Shown here: one piece after another, positions 26,055-35,184 of the stretch
Numbering within the stretch: position 1 is the stretch's first letter
How the letters are laid out: every line of letters begins with the position of its first letter
From: a virus
DNA: 51,840 nucleotides
Strand: one strand, 5' to 3'
IMG/VR virus record: IMGVR_UViG_3300041809_000571
Coordinates: 1 to 51,840 of that record
Notes under the pieces: generated by a model
The model's input: only the letters and a program-made list of their open reading frames with translations
Database searches by the model: none
What the model was told of the DNA's origin: nothing
Made by a program: the position numbers and the translations under genes

Positions 26055-26109
26055 AGATACACCAAAGTTACATGAATTTTTTTCTATGGAACCCTTATGT
26101 AGGAGAATT

Positions 26110-28149
26110 ATGGCTGGAAGCAGTCGTTTCAAAAAAGGCGGAATGATTGGTAAGCTGGTGTCGGAGCAGATAGCGAATGCTCCCCAACTGCTTAACGCCA
26201 TAGACTTTATTGAGTCCATACAGGGATTCAATGTGGAGTTGTTCCCCATCCAGAGGATGATTGTCAAGGCGATATTCGCCGTTCCCTTCGACTACAAGCC
26301 CAAGCCCGTGCCCATGTTTGACGTGTTCCGGGAGAAGCTCAACCGCATCGTGTCCGAAGAGGAATGCCTCCACATTCTCCACGAAGAGGGCAGATGCAAC
26401 ATCGGCGACTGGCGGGACATCCCCGAGCGGGGATACAATGAAGCCTGCATTATCGCCGGTCGTCGTGGTGGTAAGTCGGAGGTCGTAGCGGCCATTGGGG
26501 GATACAAGCTGTATCTCCTCCTTAACCAGAAATCTCCGCAGGAGTATTTTGGTCTCGTGCCCGGCAGTCCGATAGACTTCACCTTTTTGGCGCAGGACGA
26601 CTCCGGGTCCAACCGCCTCTACAACAAGCTCCGGGAAGGTGTCAACCGGGCACCCTTCTTCGGACCTTACCTCAAAAGCAGCAGCGGGAGCGTTTTGAAG
26701 TTCGTGACGGAGTCGGACCGGGGCAAGCCCGAGGTCACTCCCACGGTCATCTGCGAGTCCCGGCCTTGCACCACCAATGCTACCCGGTCGCCTTCCAACG
26801 TGTTTCTGGCCTTGGACGAGTTCGCCCACTTCCGGTCGGAGGTGGGGAGTACCTCGGATGAGGTCTACGGAGCGGCGAAGCCCTCCACGGCAAACTTCCA
26901 CCACGCCGAGCTTCCCAGTGGCGAATGGATAAGCAAAAAGACCATGCAGTTGCTTCCCCCCGAGGAGTACCGGGAGTTTCAGGACTCGCTTGTTCTCAGC
27001 ATTTCTTCGCCCATGACTCGTGTTGGTAAGATGTACGAGCTTCACAAGTTGGCGTTAGAGAAGGGCAAGGACTCCAACATCTTCACCATGCGGGTTTCCA
27101 CCGCTGAGATGAACCCCGAGATTCTGTCCAAGTTCCTGCACGACGAGTACGAGACCAACTCCCTGACCTTCAAGGCGGAGTATGGCGGGCAGTTCTTGGA
27201 CTCCTCCGAAACCTACGTCACTGAGGCCCAGATTAGGGCTTGTACGGATGTACAATACACGGATGAGCAATTCCCCAAGCCCATCCCCAGCACCGCCCGG
27301 CTGAACCTCGTTCGGTTCCACCCCTCCTGTGTGGGCAGACAATATTTCTGGGGTGTTGACCTTGGTATGATGAAAAACGCAACAGCCGTTGCTATCGGAC
27401 ATTTGGAGCACACGGGCGGTAAGAACCCCATCACCCTCGTTTATGACTACATCGACCGCATGATGGTGGGGGAGAAGTTCGAGGGTCCCGGCGTGGAGAT
27501 GCTCCCCGGAATTGAGAAATACGTCAAGTATCAAGCCCTGCCCTTGGAGGACATCCTCCTGTGGCTCCGGGCGCTCAACCGGGTGATGCCCTGCTACCGG
27601 GGGGTCACTGACCAGCACGGTGGTCAGCAACTCGTCCAATTGCTGGAGATAAACCAAATCTACAACGTGGAGCTTATCAACCTCACCACGGTTATCAATA
27701 GCCAGATGGCGTTCAGCTTAAAAGGCTACATGGATAACAAGCGGTGCCGGTTCCCCTATGTGCCCAAGTTCATGGATGAAATCCGGCTGGTAGAAGCGGA
27801 ATACGTCGGCAAATACCAGATTCGAGTGCAGGCCCCCGAGGAGAAGGGAGCCACGGATGACATGTGCGATGCCGTGGAAGAGGTCGCTTGGGTAGCCCAG
27901 AAGTGGTTGATGGAAGAAGGTGGGCTACGACAGGACCCCGGAGGCACCAGTCTGGCAATGCAGGAACAGTTGATGAAAACCCCTGTTCCTATTATGAACC
28001 TCGATAGTGTGTCTATGACGGAAATCAAGGTCATAGAAAGAATGCGTAAGTTACAGAGTTCATTGATGATGTCCCCCGGAACCTCGGTGGTAAGAAACCC
28101 CTTCCATGTGCGTGGAACTGCCCGTATGGGAGGCCGGGGAAGGAGATAA
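26110..28149 (+). CDS. terL: terminase large subunit
   Basis: Walker A IIAGRRGGKSE, Walker B LALDEF, C-terminal nuclease-sized domain; SD AGGAG; about 680 aa. Confidence 0.8.
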   Translation: MAGSSRFKKGGMIGKLVSEQIANAPQLLNAIDFIESIQGFNVELFPIQRMIVKAIFAVPFDYKPKPVPMFDVFREKLNRIVSEEECLHILHEEGRCNIGDWRDIPERGYNEACIIAGRRGGKSEVVAAIGGYKLYLLLNQKSPQEYFGLVPGSPIDFTFLAQDDSGSNRLYNKLREGVNRAPFFGPYLKSSSGSVLKFVTESDRGKPEVTPTVICESRPCTTNATRSPSNVFLALDEFAHFRSEVGSTSDEVYGAAKPSTANFHHAELPSGEWISKKTMQLLPPEEYREFQDSLVLSISSPMTRVGKMYELHKLALEKGKDSNIFTMRVSTAEMNPEILSKFLHDEYETNSLTFKAEYGGQFLDSSETYVTEAQIRACTDVQYTDEQFPKPIPSTARLNLVRFHPSCVGRQYFWGVDLGMMKNATAVAIGHLEHTGGKNPITLVYDYIDRMMVGEKFEGPGVEMLPGIEKYVKYQALPLEDILLWLRALNRVMPCYRGVTDQHGGQQLVQLLEINQIYNVELINLTTVINSQMAFSLKGYMDNKRCRFPYVPKFMDEIRLVEAEYVGKYQIRVQAPEEKGATDDMCDAVEEVAWVAQKWLMEEGGLRQDPGGTSLAMQEQLMKTPVPIMNLDSVSMTEIKVIERMRKLQSSLMMSPGTSVVRNPFHVRGTARMGGRGRR

Positions 28150-28207
28150 GGAGAAACACGCCACTACCCAACCCATATATGAACTCACTTTGCTTCGAGG
28201 GACTATT

Positions 28208-28663
28208 ATGTTTTTCATCGACCCCACCGCCGCTCAGCTAGGTCCGCTGGATTGGCTTCTGACCTTAGTCAAGAACCTCCATTGGCCGGTTATCGTCGTC
28301 CTCATATGGAAGGGGCGGGGATGGCTTAATAAGCTGGAGAAACAAGGGCAAGACTTGATTGATACCATCAAATCCAGTCACGCCGACCTGCAAATTCATG
28401 CCAAAGAAGTCAAGGAGTTCAAAGATACCTTCGCCACGGTCTCCAAGACGTTGACGGACCAAACAAAAGACATCAAAGACCTTAATGCTAGCGTCCAGCA
28501 GTTCATGGAGCAGGCTAAGCATCAGACCGAAGTTCACACCGAGCAGTTCCGGTTGATACGAGGGATATCCGACCAACAGACCGCCCTCGGCACGAATCAG
28601 ACCAACATCACTAATGGTATGCAGAGGGTGGTTGAACAACTCATATCCCTCGTAAAGGAGTAG
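28208..28663 (+). CDS. membrane-anchored coiled-coil protein
   Basis: GAGGGActattATG; N-terminal hydrophobic helix followed by a heptad-like region. Confidence 0.5.
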   Translation: MFFIDPTAAQLGPLDWLLTLVKNLHWPVIVVLIWKGRGWLNKLEKQGQDLIDTIKSSHADLQIHAKEVKEFKDTFATVSKTLTDQTKDIKDLNASVQQFMEQAKHQTEVHTEQFRLIRGISDQQTALGTNQTNITNGMQRVVEQLISLVKE

Positions 28664-28665
28664 TC

Positions 28666-28917
28666 ATGGAATCGCTGAATACGGACTTTGCCCCGGAGGG
28701 CGTAAAAGAAGAATCCTTTGCCATGGGGGCAGCGGCTACTCCTATCGAGCCGATGACCGCAGTCCCAGTGGTTAATGCCGCACCTTTCGAGACCCTCAAC
28801 CATACCATCGGTGTTTTTGAGAAGCTCTGCGTGACGACCGGAGCGGCAAAGCTAAGGACCAAGTTGCGGATACGAGTGCCCAAACTCCACACCTTGGTTG
28901 GTAAACTCACACTCTAA
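28666..28917 (+). CDS. hypothetical protein
   Basis: AAGGAGtagtcATG. Confidence 0.45.
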   Translation: MESLNTDFAPEGVKEESFAMGAAATPIEPMTAVPVVNAAPFETLNHTIGVFEKLCVTTGAAKLRTKLRIRVPKLHTLVGKLTL

Positions 28918-28952
28918 ATTTGGGCTTTCCCGCCCTTATTAGGGAGAAGACT

Positions 28953-29357
28953 ATGACACCAAAAGACCTACTGATTTTTGATTCCACCGCCGCTGCGGAC
29001 GGAATCTGGTACAAGATTGACAATGTCTCAGCGCTATCCATCCACATTCTCAATCTGGAGGCTAGCTGCGACACGTGGATTGAAGTGTCCAATAACCCCC
29101 TTTGCGATTATCTGCTTTATGGTGCGGCAAGCACCGCCGTGGTGGGTGTGGCAATGACCGGCAACCTCGGCACGGGAGGCAGTCCTTCGCCGCCCTCCAG
29201 TATGGATGAGCAGGATATCAGCTACAGCCTTGATGGCACGCAGTGCATGTGGTCTCCCTCTTGTCTTGTTTGGAAGTATGTCCGGGTGCGCAAGTCGTCC
29301 ACCGGCACTCCCATTGACGAGACCAAGGCTTACCTGTTCGGACAGGTCAACACCTAA
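28953..29357 (+). CDS. hypothetical beta-rich protein
   Basis: AGGGAGAAGactATG; the ORF-track TTG start was rejected. Confidence 0.45.
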   Translation: MTPKDLLIFDSTAAADGIWYKIDNVSALSIHILNLEASCDTWIEVSNNPLCDYLLYGAASTAVVGVAMTGNLGTGGSPSPPSSMDEQDISYSLDGTQCMWSPSCLVWKYVRVRKSSTGTPIDETKAYLFGQVNT

Positions 29358-29519
29358 CCGCAAAATCAGGTGAATATCAGTATCATTGAATAGAGGCTTC
29401 CCGGTCGGGTTTCCGAATGTAGTCAGTATTCGGATTTCGACGCACATAGGGGGACTTTAGCCCTCCTCTGAAACGGGCAAAGAGATGACCCTTGAATGGG
29501 TTCTCGCTCCGTGAGCATG

Positions 29520-29556
29520 GGACGGTGACTGACGACCGGGATTATTGTCACCGTCC
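29520..29556. terminator. 10-bp perfect-stem hairpin (GGACGGTGAC-N17-GTCACCGTCC) in the convergent gap, abutting the stop of the glycosyltransferase fusion gene
   Basis: the two stem arms are exact reverse complements; no U-tract follows on either strand. Confidence 0.35.
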
Positions 29557-31901
29557 TACTTTACCAAGAACAGCACCCGTTTTCCTTCCGGTGTTTCCAC
29601 GATTTCTTCGATGTGTTTCGGTATAATTTTGCTCAACTGCTTGTGGTAGGAAGACCCCAAGGGACACACCGCTGCAACCTTGAATCCCCTTGCCACGGCA
29701 CGGGCGACTTTCGCCCCAAGCAAGGTTCCTCGCCAGTCTTGACTCACTCCGCCCAGTGCTGCCGGTATTGCAATGGGTGTCATGGTTGGCGCTGCCATTA
29801 TTGAACCCGGAGGAGGAAGCCCCTTATTAGATTGAACCGGAGGAGTCAGGGGATGCGTTTGAGGTGAGGGTTTTGTTTGATTGAACCAAGGACGAACCCC
29901 CGTTGCCATTTCGTGGATTTTCCACATATCCTCTGTACTGGTAATTTGGGTCATAGCCTCCATGCTTTTCAGGTCCGAGTGATTCCTCCACTCAAAGATT
30001 ACATATTTGGAAAGCCGTCTGGGGTGTATTCCGGCTTTTCCAAGTACCTGTCCCACCCACCGGTCCTCAGCCCACTCCCCATCAAATTGGGCATTTACTA
30101 GCAATTTCAGGGAACGTTCAGAAAGCCAGTAGGCTCCCCCACTAACATATGGAAACTTCACGGTACCCTTGGGAAAATCAGGAATTCCCATGTTTGGGCA
30201 ACCCGCATCATGGGGAGGCGCATAAATACCCGCAAAGTCATCTGTCACTAATTCAAACTTATTCATGTTCAGATAACTGTCATCATCAGCCTTAACTAAT
30301 CGTTTATATCCATGGTTAAGTGTCCATTGGAAAAGGGCCTTGGATTTTAGAGTAAGAGATAGGTAGTCATCTGGTACTCCTAACCGTTTACCAGTGAATA
30401 CTTCAACGGTGTACCCGGCCTTCCGTGCTAAGGGAATCCAAGTCTTCTCTTGCATAGCTAAACGTGCTCGGTATTTCGGCTCGTCACAGGTGAGTATTCC
30501 AATAAGGGTTTCTTTGATGGGGGTAGGAATTGGGCGGTTATCAACCTCCTTGGGTACTACCCCGTCTATCACCACCAGCCTGTCGTCATCTATGCTTTCA
30601 ACCCGGAACTCTCTCGTCTCGCACTTCCATGGAATCCTAGCGGCTATCTGCTCGGGAGAGAAGACATCTTCGATTATGTAGACCCCGTTGGGTTTCAGGA
30701 TACGGGGAATTAGGACTGAGGCAGTCAGGATTTGATGCTCGGTCTGGTGTGAGCCGTCGTCTATGATGAGGTCGAAACCGGTGCCTAACATCTCGGCAGC
30801 CCGGAGTAACGACCCTTCGTCGCTCTGGTCGCACTGGAAGGACTTAATCCGGCCTTTGTTGATTAGGATGTCCGGCTTGATGTCTAAAGCGTATATTTCT
30901 GCCTGTGGGAAGTACTCTTCCCACATGAACAGGCTGGCTCCTACGATGTAGTCTTTTGGAGCCATGATAGCAGGGTAGCCTATGCCGATTTCCAAGACCT
31001 TCTTGATGTCCCTACCTTCGAGAAGCTCGTGGTAGTAAGGTGTATAGTCATGACGCACCGACACGGTCTTATCGGTCCTCCACTTTTTGGCGAGCTTGCA
31101 AAGACTCGTTTCTACGGGCATTTCCACCTCGTGTCTCCTTTTCAATTGCTCAAATAAACAGGTCGGGTCATACCGCCTGTTAGGGTCAAGCTTACTTCCT
31201 TCGTGCCAGTGAGAGGAGCTTATGTGAGCGGCATACGACTTAGGAGAGATATTCCAAGTCACTCCTCCTTTGACAAAGTGAAACCGAAGTGACGGCGGCA
31301 CGGCATCAAGCACAATGGGGGGTTTTATGTAGCGGGTAAGAGAGAACTCCGGGATAGCCTTCCGAAACATCCATGGGCCTATCACCATCCAATCCTGCGG
31401 GAGCTTCAACTTCGCCGTGTTCATCAGTTCAATGTGGGCGGCGATGTGCTGTAAGATGGGAGCTTGCTTTGGAGCTTTGAAGATACACCCGGTGATGCAC
31501 TTCATGTTGATATCTTCGGGGGCTGACGGCGGTGGGTCGTAAATCGACACGAGGCTGTTGGAATTGGGATTGTACGCCGTGAAAACATATGGGTCGGGAA
31601 AATCAAACGGGCGTAAGCAGACGGTATCCATATCCACGTACCATCCTCCCACGTGACGGATAAGCTGCACACGGAAGTAATCGGAGAAGTGCGACAGGTG
31701 GATGAAGTCTTTCCGGTCTTTGACGAGCGGTATTTCGTGGATGTCGTGAATGATGGTCCCAGCCGGAATCCCCTTTGTAGGCTCCGACGTATAAAGATGG
31801 AACTCGTGCCCATGGTCTTGGAAGGAGCGGATGCATAGCTTTTGAAGGTTATCCAACTTGGGGCCGCACCACACACCATTGATGATTTTATTGTCTGTCA
31901 T
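29556..31901 (-). CDS. tri-domain fusion: GT32-type DxD glycosyltransferase, SAM-dependent methyltransferase and GT31/Fringe-like galactosyltransferase
   Basis: N-terminus KIINGVWCGPK...GGWYVDMDTV (Gly_transf_sug-like); middle VLEIGIGYPA...DLIIDDGSH (class I MTase motifs I and post-I); C-terminus LVKADDDSYLNMN (GT31 DDD). ATG 31901 in ATGA overlap with the GT11 stop. Confidence 0.7.
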   Translation of the reverse strand: MTDNKIINGVWCGPKLDNLQKLCIRSFQDHGHEFHLYTSEPTKGIPAGTIIHDIHEIPLVKDRKDFIHLSHFSDYFRVQLIRHVGGWYVDMDTVCLRPFDFPDPYVFTAYNPNSNSLVSIYDPPPSAPEDINMKCITGCIFKAPKQAPILQHIAAHIELMNTAKLKLPQDWMVIGPWMFRKAIPEFSLTRYIKPPIVLDAVPPSLRFHFVKGGVTWNISPKSYAAHISSSHWHEGSKLDPNRRYDPTCLFEQLKRRHEVEMPVETSLCKLAKKWRTDKTVSVRHDYTPYYHELLEGRDIKKVLEIGIGYPAIMAPKDYIVGASLFMWEEYFPQAEIYALDIKPDILINKGRIKSFQCDQSDEGSLLRAAEMLGTGFDLIIDDGSHQTEHQILTASVLIPRILKPNGVYIIEDVFSPEQIAARIPWKCETREFRVESIDDDRLVVIDGVVPKEVDNRPIPTPIKETLIGILTCDEPKYRARLAMQEKTWIPLARKAGYTVEVFTGKRLGVPDDYLSLTLKSKALFQWTLNHGYKRLVKADDDSYLNMNKFELVTDDFAGIYAPPHDAGCPNMGIPDFPKGTVKFPYVSGGAYWLSERSLKLLVNAQFDGEWAEDRWVGQVLGKAGIHPRRLSKYVIFEWRNHSDLKSMEAMTQITSTEDMWKIHEMATGVRPWFNQTKPSPQTHPLTPPVQSNKGLPPPGSIMAAPTMTPIAIPAALGGVSQDWRGTLLGAKVARAVARGFKVAAVCPLGSSYHKQLSKIIPKHIEEIVETPEGKRVLFLVK

Positions 31902-32701
31902 AACTTTATCCACCTCTGGGGAACAATGTCCGAAGGGTCTTTGGTACACCCGGCAAACCATTTTTTGGGTGCAATCACAATCCTTCCCTCTGGTGAACAC
32001 TCCCCGAACCAAGCTCCCCACCACCCGAAAGAACTATTGGGAAGGATAGCGTGCTTGCAAAGTCCCATGAGGAAAAGGTCTTCGTGTTCTGTGCCTTGAC
32101 CTGTATCCCCACTTCCCATCCGATTGTGCTTTATGACCCGAAGACCTTGGAAGTTTTGCTCACACCACTCCGGGTCGTCGGAGAATATGAAAAACTTAAC
32201 GTTCTCCTTGCGTTCTTGGATGTATGCCAGTGCCACTTTATAATACTCCATCGTCATGTTGCCGTGGTAGGCGGCGACGGTCGGTATTAGGTAGTCCGTC
32301 CTGCGGACATGCATAAAGGCACTATTAGGGCTAGCCAGAATCTCGTGAGCTATCTCTTGCGATTGCTCACTCACCGGGTTTCGCAGGGAAAGCTCCGACC
32401 GGACCAACCTCTCGTCAAAGTACTTTTCTGTCTGCCAGCATCCGATGAAATGCGTGCCATTCGGAAGAGTGTACACATTCTTATCGTAAGTGAAGATTGG
32501 CTCTGCATACACTGGGCCACGAATATCTTTGGTGAAAGTTACCTTGGTGTTGAATACCCCTAGCCCATAGGCACGATGGCATCCAACCCCCAGCCCACTT
32601 GTGTAAAAGAACAACTCCTCTTTACGTGCCTTTGAGACTGACCGACCGAAGGCGTATTGAAACATCTGATTTCCTAAACCGCCCTCTAAACGAACAAGCA
32701 T
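31898..32701 (-). CDS. alpha-1,2-fucosyltransferase (GT11 family)
   Basis: hallmark motif I GGLGNQMFQYA right after the start (MLVRLEGGLGNQMFQYAFG). Confidence 0.8.
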   Translation of the reverse strand: MLVRLEGGLGNQMFQYAFGRSVSKARKEELFFYTSGLGVGCHRAYGLGVFNTKVTFTKDIRGPVYAEPIFTYDKNVYTLPNGTHFIGCWQTEKYFDERLVRSELSLRNPVSEQSQEIAHEILASPNSAFMHVRRTDYLIPTVAAYHGNMTMEYYKVALAYIQERKENVKFFIFSDDPEWCEQNFQGLRVIKHNRMGSGDTGQGTEHEDLFLMGLCKHAILPNSSFGWWGAWFGECSPEGRIVIAPKKWFAGCTKDPSDIVPQRWIKL

Positions 32702-32703
32702 AG

Positions 32704-33405
32704 CTAATTCCCACCCTTCCACTCACCCTGATTGAGTTTTTCTAGGTGTCGTATCTTTGGGACGAAACTCTTCAAATCCCCCGTCATCCAACGCTCTGGT
32801 GACACCAAGTACTTTAGGGCGGGAAAACAATACGCCGGGGATAGGATTCTAGCGGGAGGATTGCTGGCAAGATAGCAGTTTAGGTGGGATTCGTCATGCC
32901 AGATGGCGATAATCCCATTGCTGCTGTCGATATCCACATTTTTTGCCAAGGTTTTACACATCCCCAAGAAAGCTTTGGAGTCACCACCTTGTAAACACCC
33001 TTGGTAGTAATTGGGGGGGTTTCCCTTTACGCACGCCGTAGACTCCGGGTTACGCTCGAAGGTCGTAACATAGCCGGGGTGAAGGACAGCGGTTATGCCG
33101 TCCGAAAAAACTTCTTCCCCCTCAATCTTGCTGCACGCAAGCATGTCGATATCCATGTAGAAAAGTTGGTCGTAACGAGAAAGAGATGTCTCTTGCTCAA
33201 GGATTGCGTGGTAACGCATGAGCGTAGCGTGAGGCCATCCTAAGTGGGCGTGAGGCACCTTTATGGCGTCAAACGAATCTTCGCTGTCCGTAAACAGCAT
33301 CACATCGTGCGGAGGAAAGAACTCATCCAAAGAGTTAATCAGGGGGGAGACATACCGCATATACTGTTCTCCTCCCGTGGCAATCAGCAAAATCGCTGTT
33401 TTCAT
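32704..33405 (-). CDS. GT6-family glycosyltransferase (histo-blood-group A/B transferase-like, bacterial BoGT6a type)
   Basis: N-terminus MKTAILLIATGGEQY and the block IWHDESHLNCYLASNPPARILSPAY, characteristic of the GT6 family; ATGA coupling with the upstream gene. Confidence 0.85.
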   Translation of the reverse strand: MKTAILLIATGGEQYMRYVSPLINSLDEFFPPHDVMLFTDSEDSFDAIKVPHAHLGWPHATLMRYHAILEQETSLSRYDQLFYMDIDMLACSKIEGEEVFSDGITAVLHPGYVTTFERNPESTACVKGNPPNYYQGCLQGGDSKAFLGMCKTLAKNVDIDSSNGIIAIWHDESHLNCYLASNPPARILSPAYCFPALKYLVSPERWMTGDLKSFVPKIRHLEKLNQGEWKGGN

Positions 33406-34622
33406 AGGGTTTTTATCTCCAATCTGCGGTGTGCCCTAGCGATGTCATCCCTAACCTCGAATACCCAGTCAGGATGTGCAGCAAGTATCTGGCTTTTCAT
33501 GCTCTCAATGGTCGGATACCCGTTGTTTCCGTCAAATGCCCGGATATCATCCACAAGGAGGACAATGTCCGACTTACCCCAGCCAAGAATAGCGTCAAGT
33601 TCGCCTTGTGCCGCACTATCAACGCTTCCCCGCACCGTATTGTCTCCAGACCAGTGAGCATCCAGCCAGAAAATGGTGGGTTTGTTCAGGAGTGGAAAAA
33701 TCTTATACAGCACCAAAGCACTATCACCCTGATAAAGATGAATATTTTCTTTGCCGATAAACCGTCCTTGGCAATGCCTGTAAAAGTCCGAGCTTAACTC
33801 AATAGAGTAAGCGTGCTCGAAGAACCCATGGACCTCCGCTAAAGTATCTCCTCCGCAGGTTCCGGTTTCCACAAGAAGCGGGGTTTTGAATTTGAGAGCA
33901 TACTCTACAATAGTCCACTGCTTATAGGCAGGGGGTGGTGATGGGTTATGCCATGCCATGGTTATCTCCTCGATTACAGGGGTTTTCATTACTCTCTCAA
34001 TCTCCGCCCACGGGACCGATGGGAACGAGGGGGATGGTACTCGCTTAACAGCGGCATTAGTCTTGTGAATGGTGGAAACCAATAAGGTCAAGTCAGCAAG
34101 GTCACACCAACGGTCCATGGGAATTTTCCGCATAAAGGCGGTGTCGGCTCCCTGCACAAGATTCTCGAACTTGTTCTTCTCCCAGATGGACCGACGCCAC
34201 GCCGGGGCGGCAAGCCATTTCTGTGGAGTGAGGTTTTTGTAAATAAACCCCTGCTCGGTGCCATGCAGGTAGTAGTAAAGTGTGGTGGTGCCACAGATGT
34301 CATACTGAGGGTCGGTGAGAGGTTGAACCTGCTTGGCTACCCTATTGGAGGCGTAAAAGTCGTCGTCATCCCATACGATGGCGATTTCTCCCGTGGAGTT
34401 CTCCATGCAGATGTTCATGAGTTGCCCGTGACGGAGCTTCTCGCCGGGCAGCCGGACGTATTTGATGCGGGGGTCATTGGGGAGTAGGTCCTTGATGGGG
34501 TCCGTCCCGTTATCAACGATAACCCACTCCAACTCTGGGTGAGTTTGAGACTGGAAACACGAGATACACCGGGGCCAGAACTCCCTGCGGTTGTGCGTCG
34601 GCGTGAGACAAGAAACTAGCAC
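33402..34622 (-). CDS. GT2 glycosyltransferase fused to a C-terminal SAM-dependent methyltransferase-like domain (GTG start)
   Basis: LVSCLTPTHNRREF (GT2 N-terminal motif), VWDDDDFY (DxD); C-terminal LVETGTCGGDT (MTase-like); GGAGAGagaaataGTG with TAGTG overlap. Confidence 0.7.
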   Translation of the reverse strand: MLVSCLTPTHNRREFWPRCISCFQSQTHPELEWVIVDNGTDPIKDLLPNDPRIKYVRLPGEKLRHGQLMNICMENSTGEIAIVWDDDDFYASNRVAKQVQPLTDPQYDICGTTTLYYYLHGTEQGFIYKNLTPQKWLAAPAWRRSIWEKNKFENLVQGADTAFMRKIPMDRWCDLADLTLLVSTIHKTNAAVKRVPSPSFPSVPWAEIERVMKTPVIEEITMAWHNPSPPPAYKQWTIVEYALKFKTPLLVETGTCGGDTLAEVHGFFEHAYSIELSSDFYRHCQGRFIGKENIHLYQGDSALVLYKIFPLLNKPTIFWLDAHWSGDNTVRGSVDSAAQGELDAILGWGKSDIVLLVDDIRAFDGNNGYPTIESMKSQILAAHPDWVFEVRDDIARAHRRLEIKTL

Positions 34623-35053
34623 TATTTCTCTCTCCGTTCCCGGCGCTTAAGTTCAAACCTCCGCAGGTAGTCCACCGCCGCTTGTAGGATGATTTGGTTG
34701 TCCCGAAAAGAAGCTAGCCCCCAGTCGCAACGGGTGCAAAGCAGTCCTCGGACTTCCCTCGTCGCCGGGTCTCGGTCGATATGGGAAGATGACCGGTCCA
34801 TACTGGGGATGGGGTCATGGCAGACCGCACAGGCCCGGTGGAGTTTCTCCCAGAGAACGACTATCTCCGCATCCGACATGCCGTTCTGGTACTTGCGCAC
34901 ATGCGGGGTGTTCTGTTCCTTAAAACAGAGCTTACACCGGCTACGTTTGCCACTGGGCTGGGACTTGCAGTTGCCAAAGTTATCCAGCGGCAGCCACGCT
35001 TTGCAGCCGGGGCACCACTTCTCTTTGTCATTGAACATCCTGTGTCTGCCCAT
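34622..35053 (-). CDS. Endonuclease VII-like (HNH) nuclease with N-terminal Cys cluster
   Basis: CAVCHDP...SHIDRDPATREVRGLLCTRCDWGL matches the Endo VII H-N-H core. Start is uncertain (ATG 35053, 35038 or 35110); the region upstream of 35053 is AT-rich and looks intergenic. Confidence 0.6.
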   Translation of the reverse strand: MGRHRMFNDKEKWCPGCKAWLPLDNFGNCKSQPSGKRSRCKLCFKEQNTPHVRKYQNGMSDAEIVVLWEKLHRACAVCHDPIPSMDRSSSHIDRDPATREVRGLLCTRCDWGLASFRDNQIILQAAVDYLRRFELKRRERREK

Positions 35054-35184
35054 AAGTGCCCTGTATTTAACCCCTTTGAATTTATCTCCAATTAGGGGTC
35101 CATAGTTCATTTCTTTGATTTTAAGAGTTTTTCGACTATCAACCTCACTATTGAGGCGTCCAAATCGGACACAGGAGAGATAAC

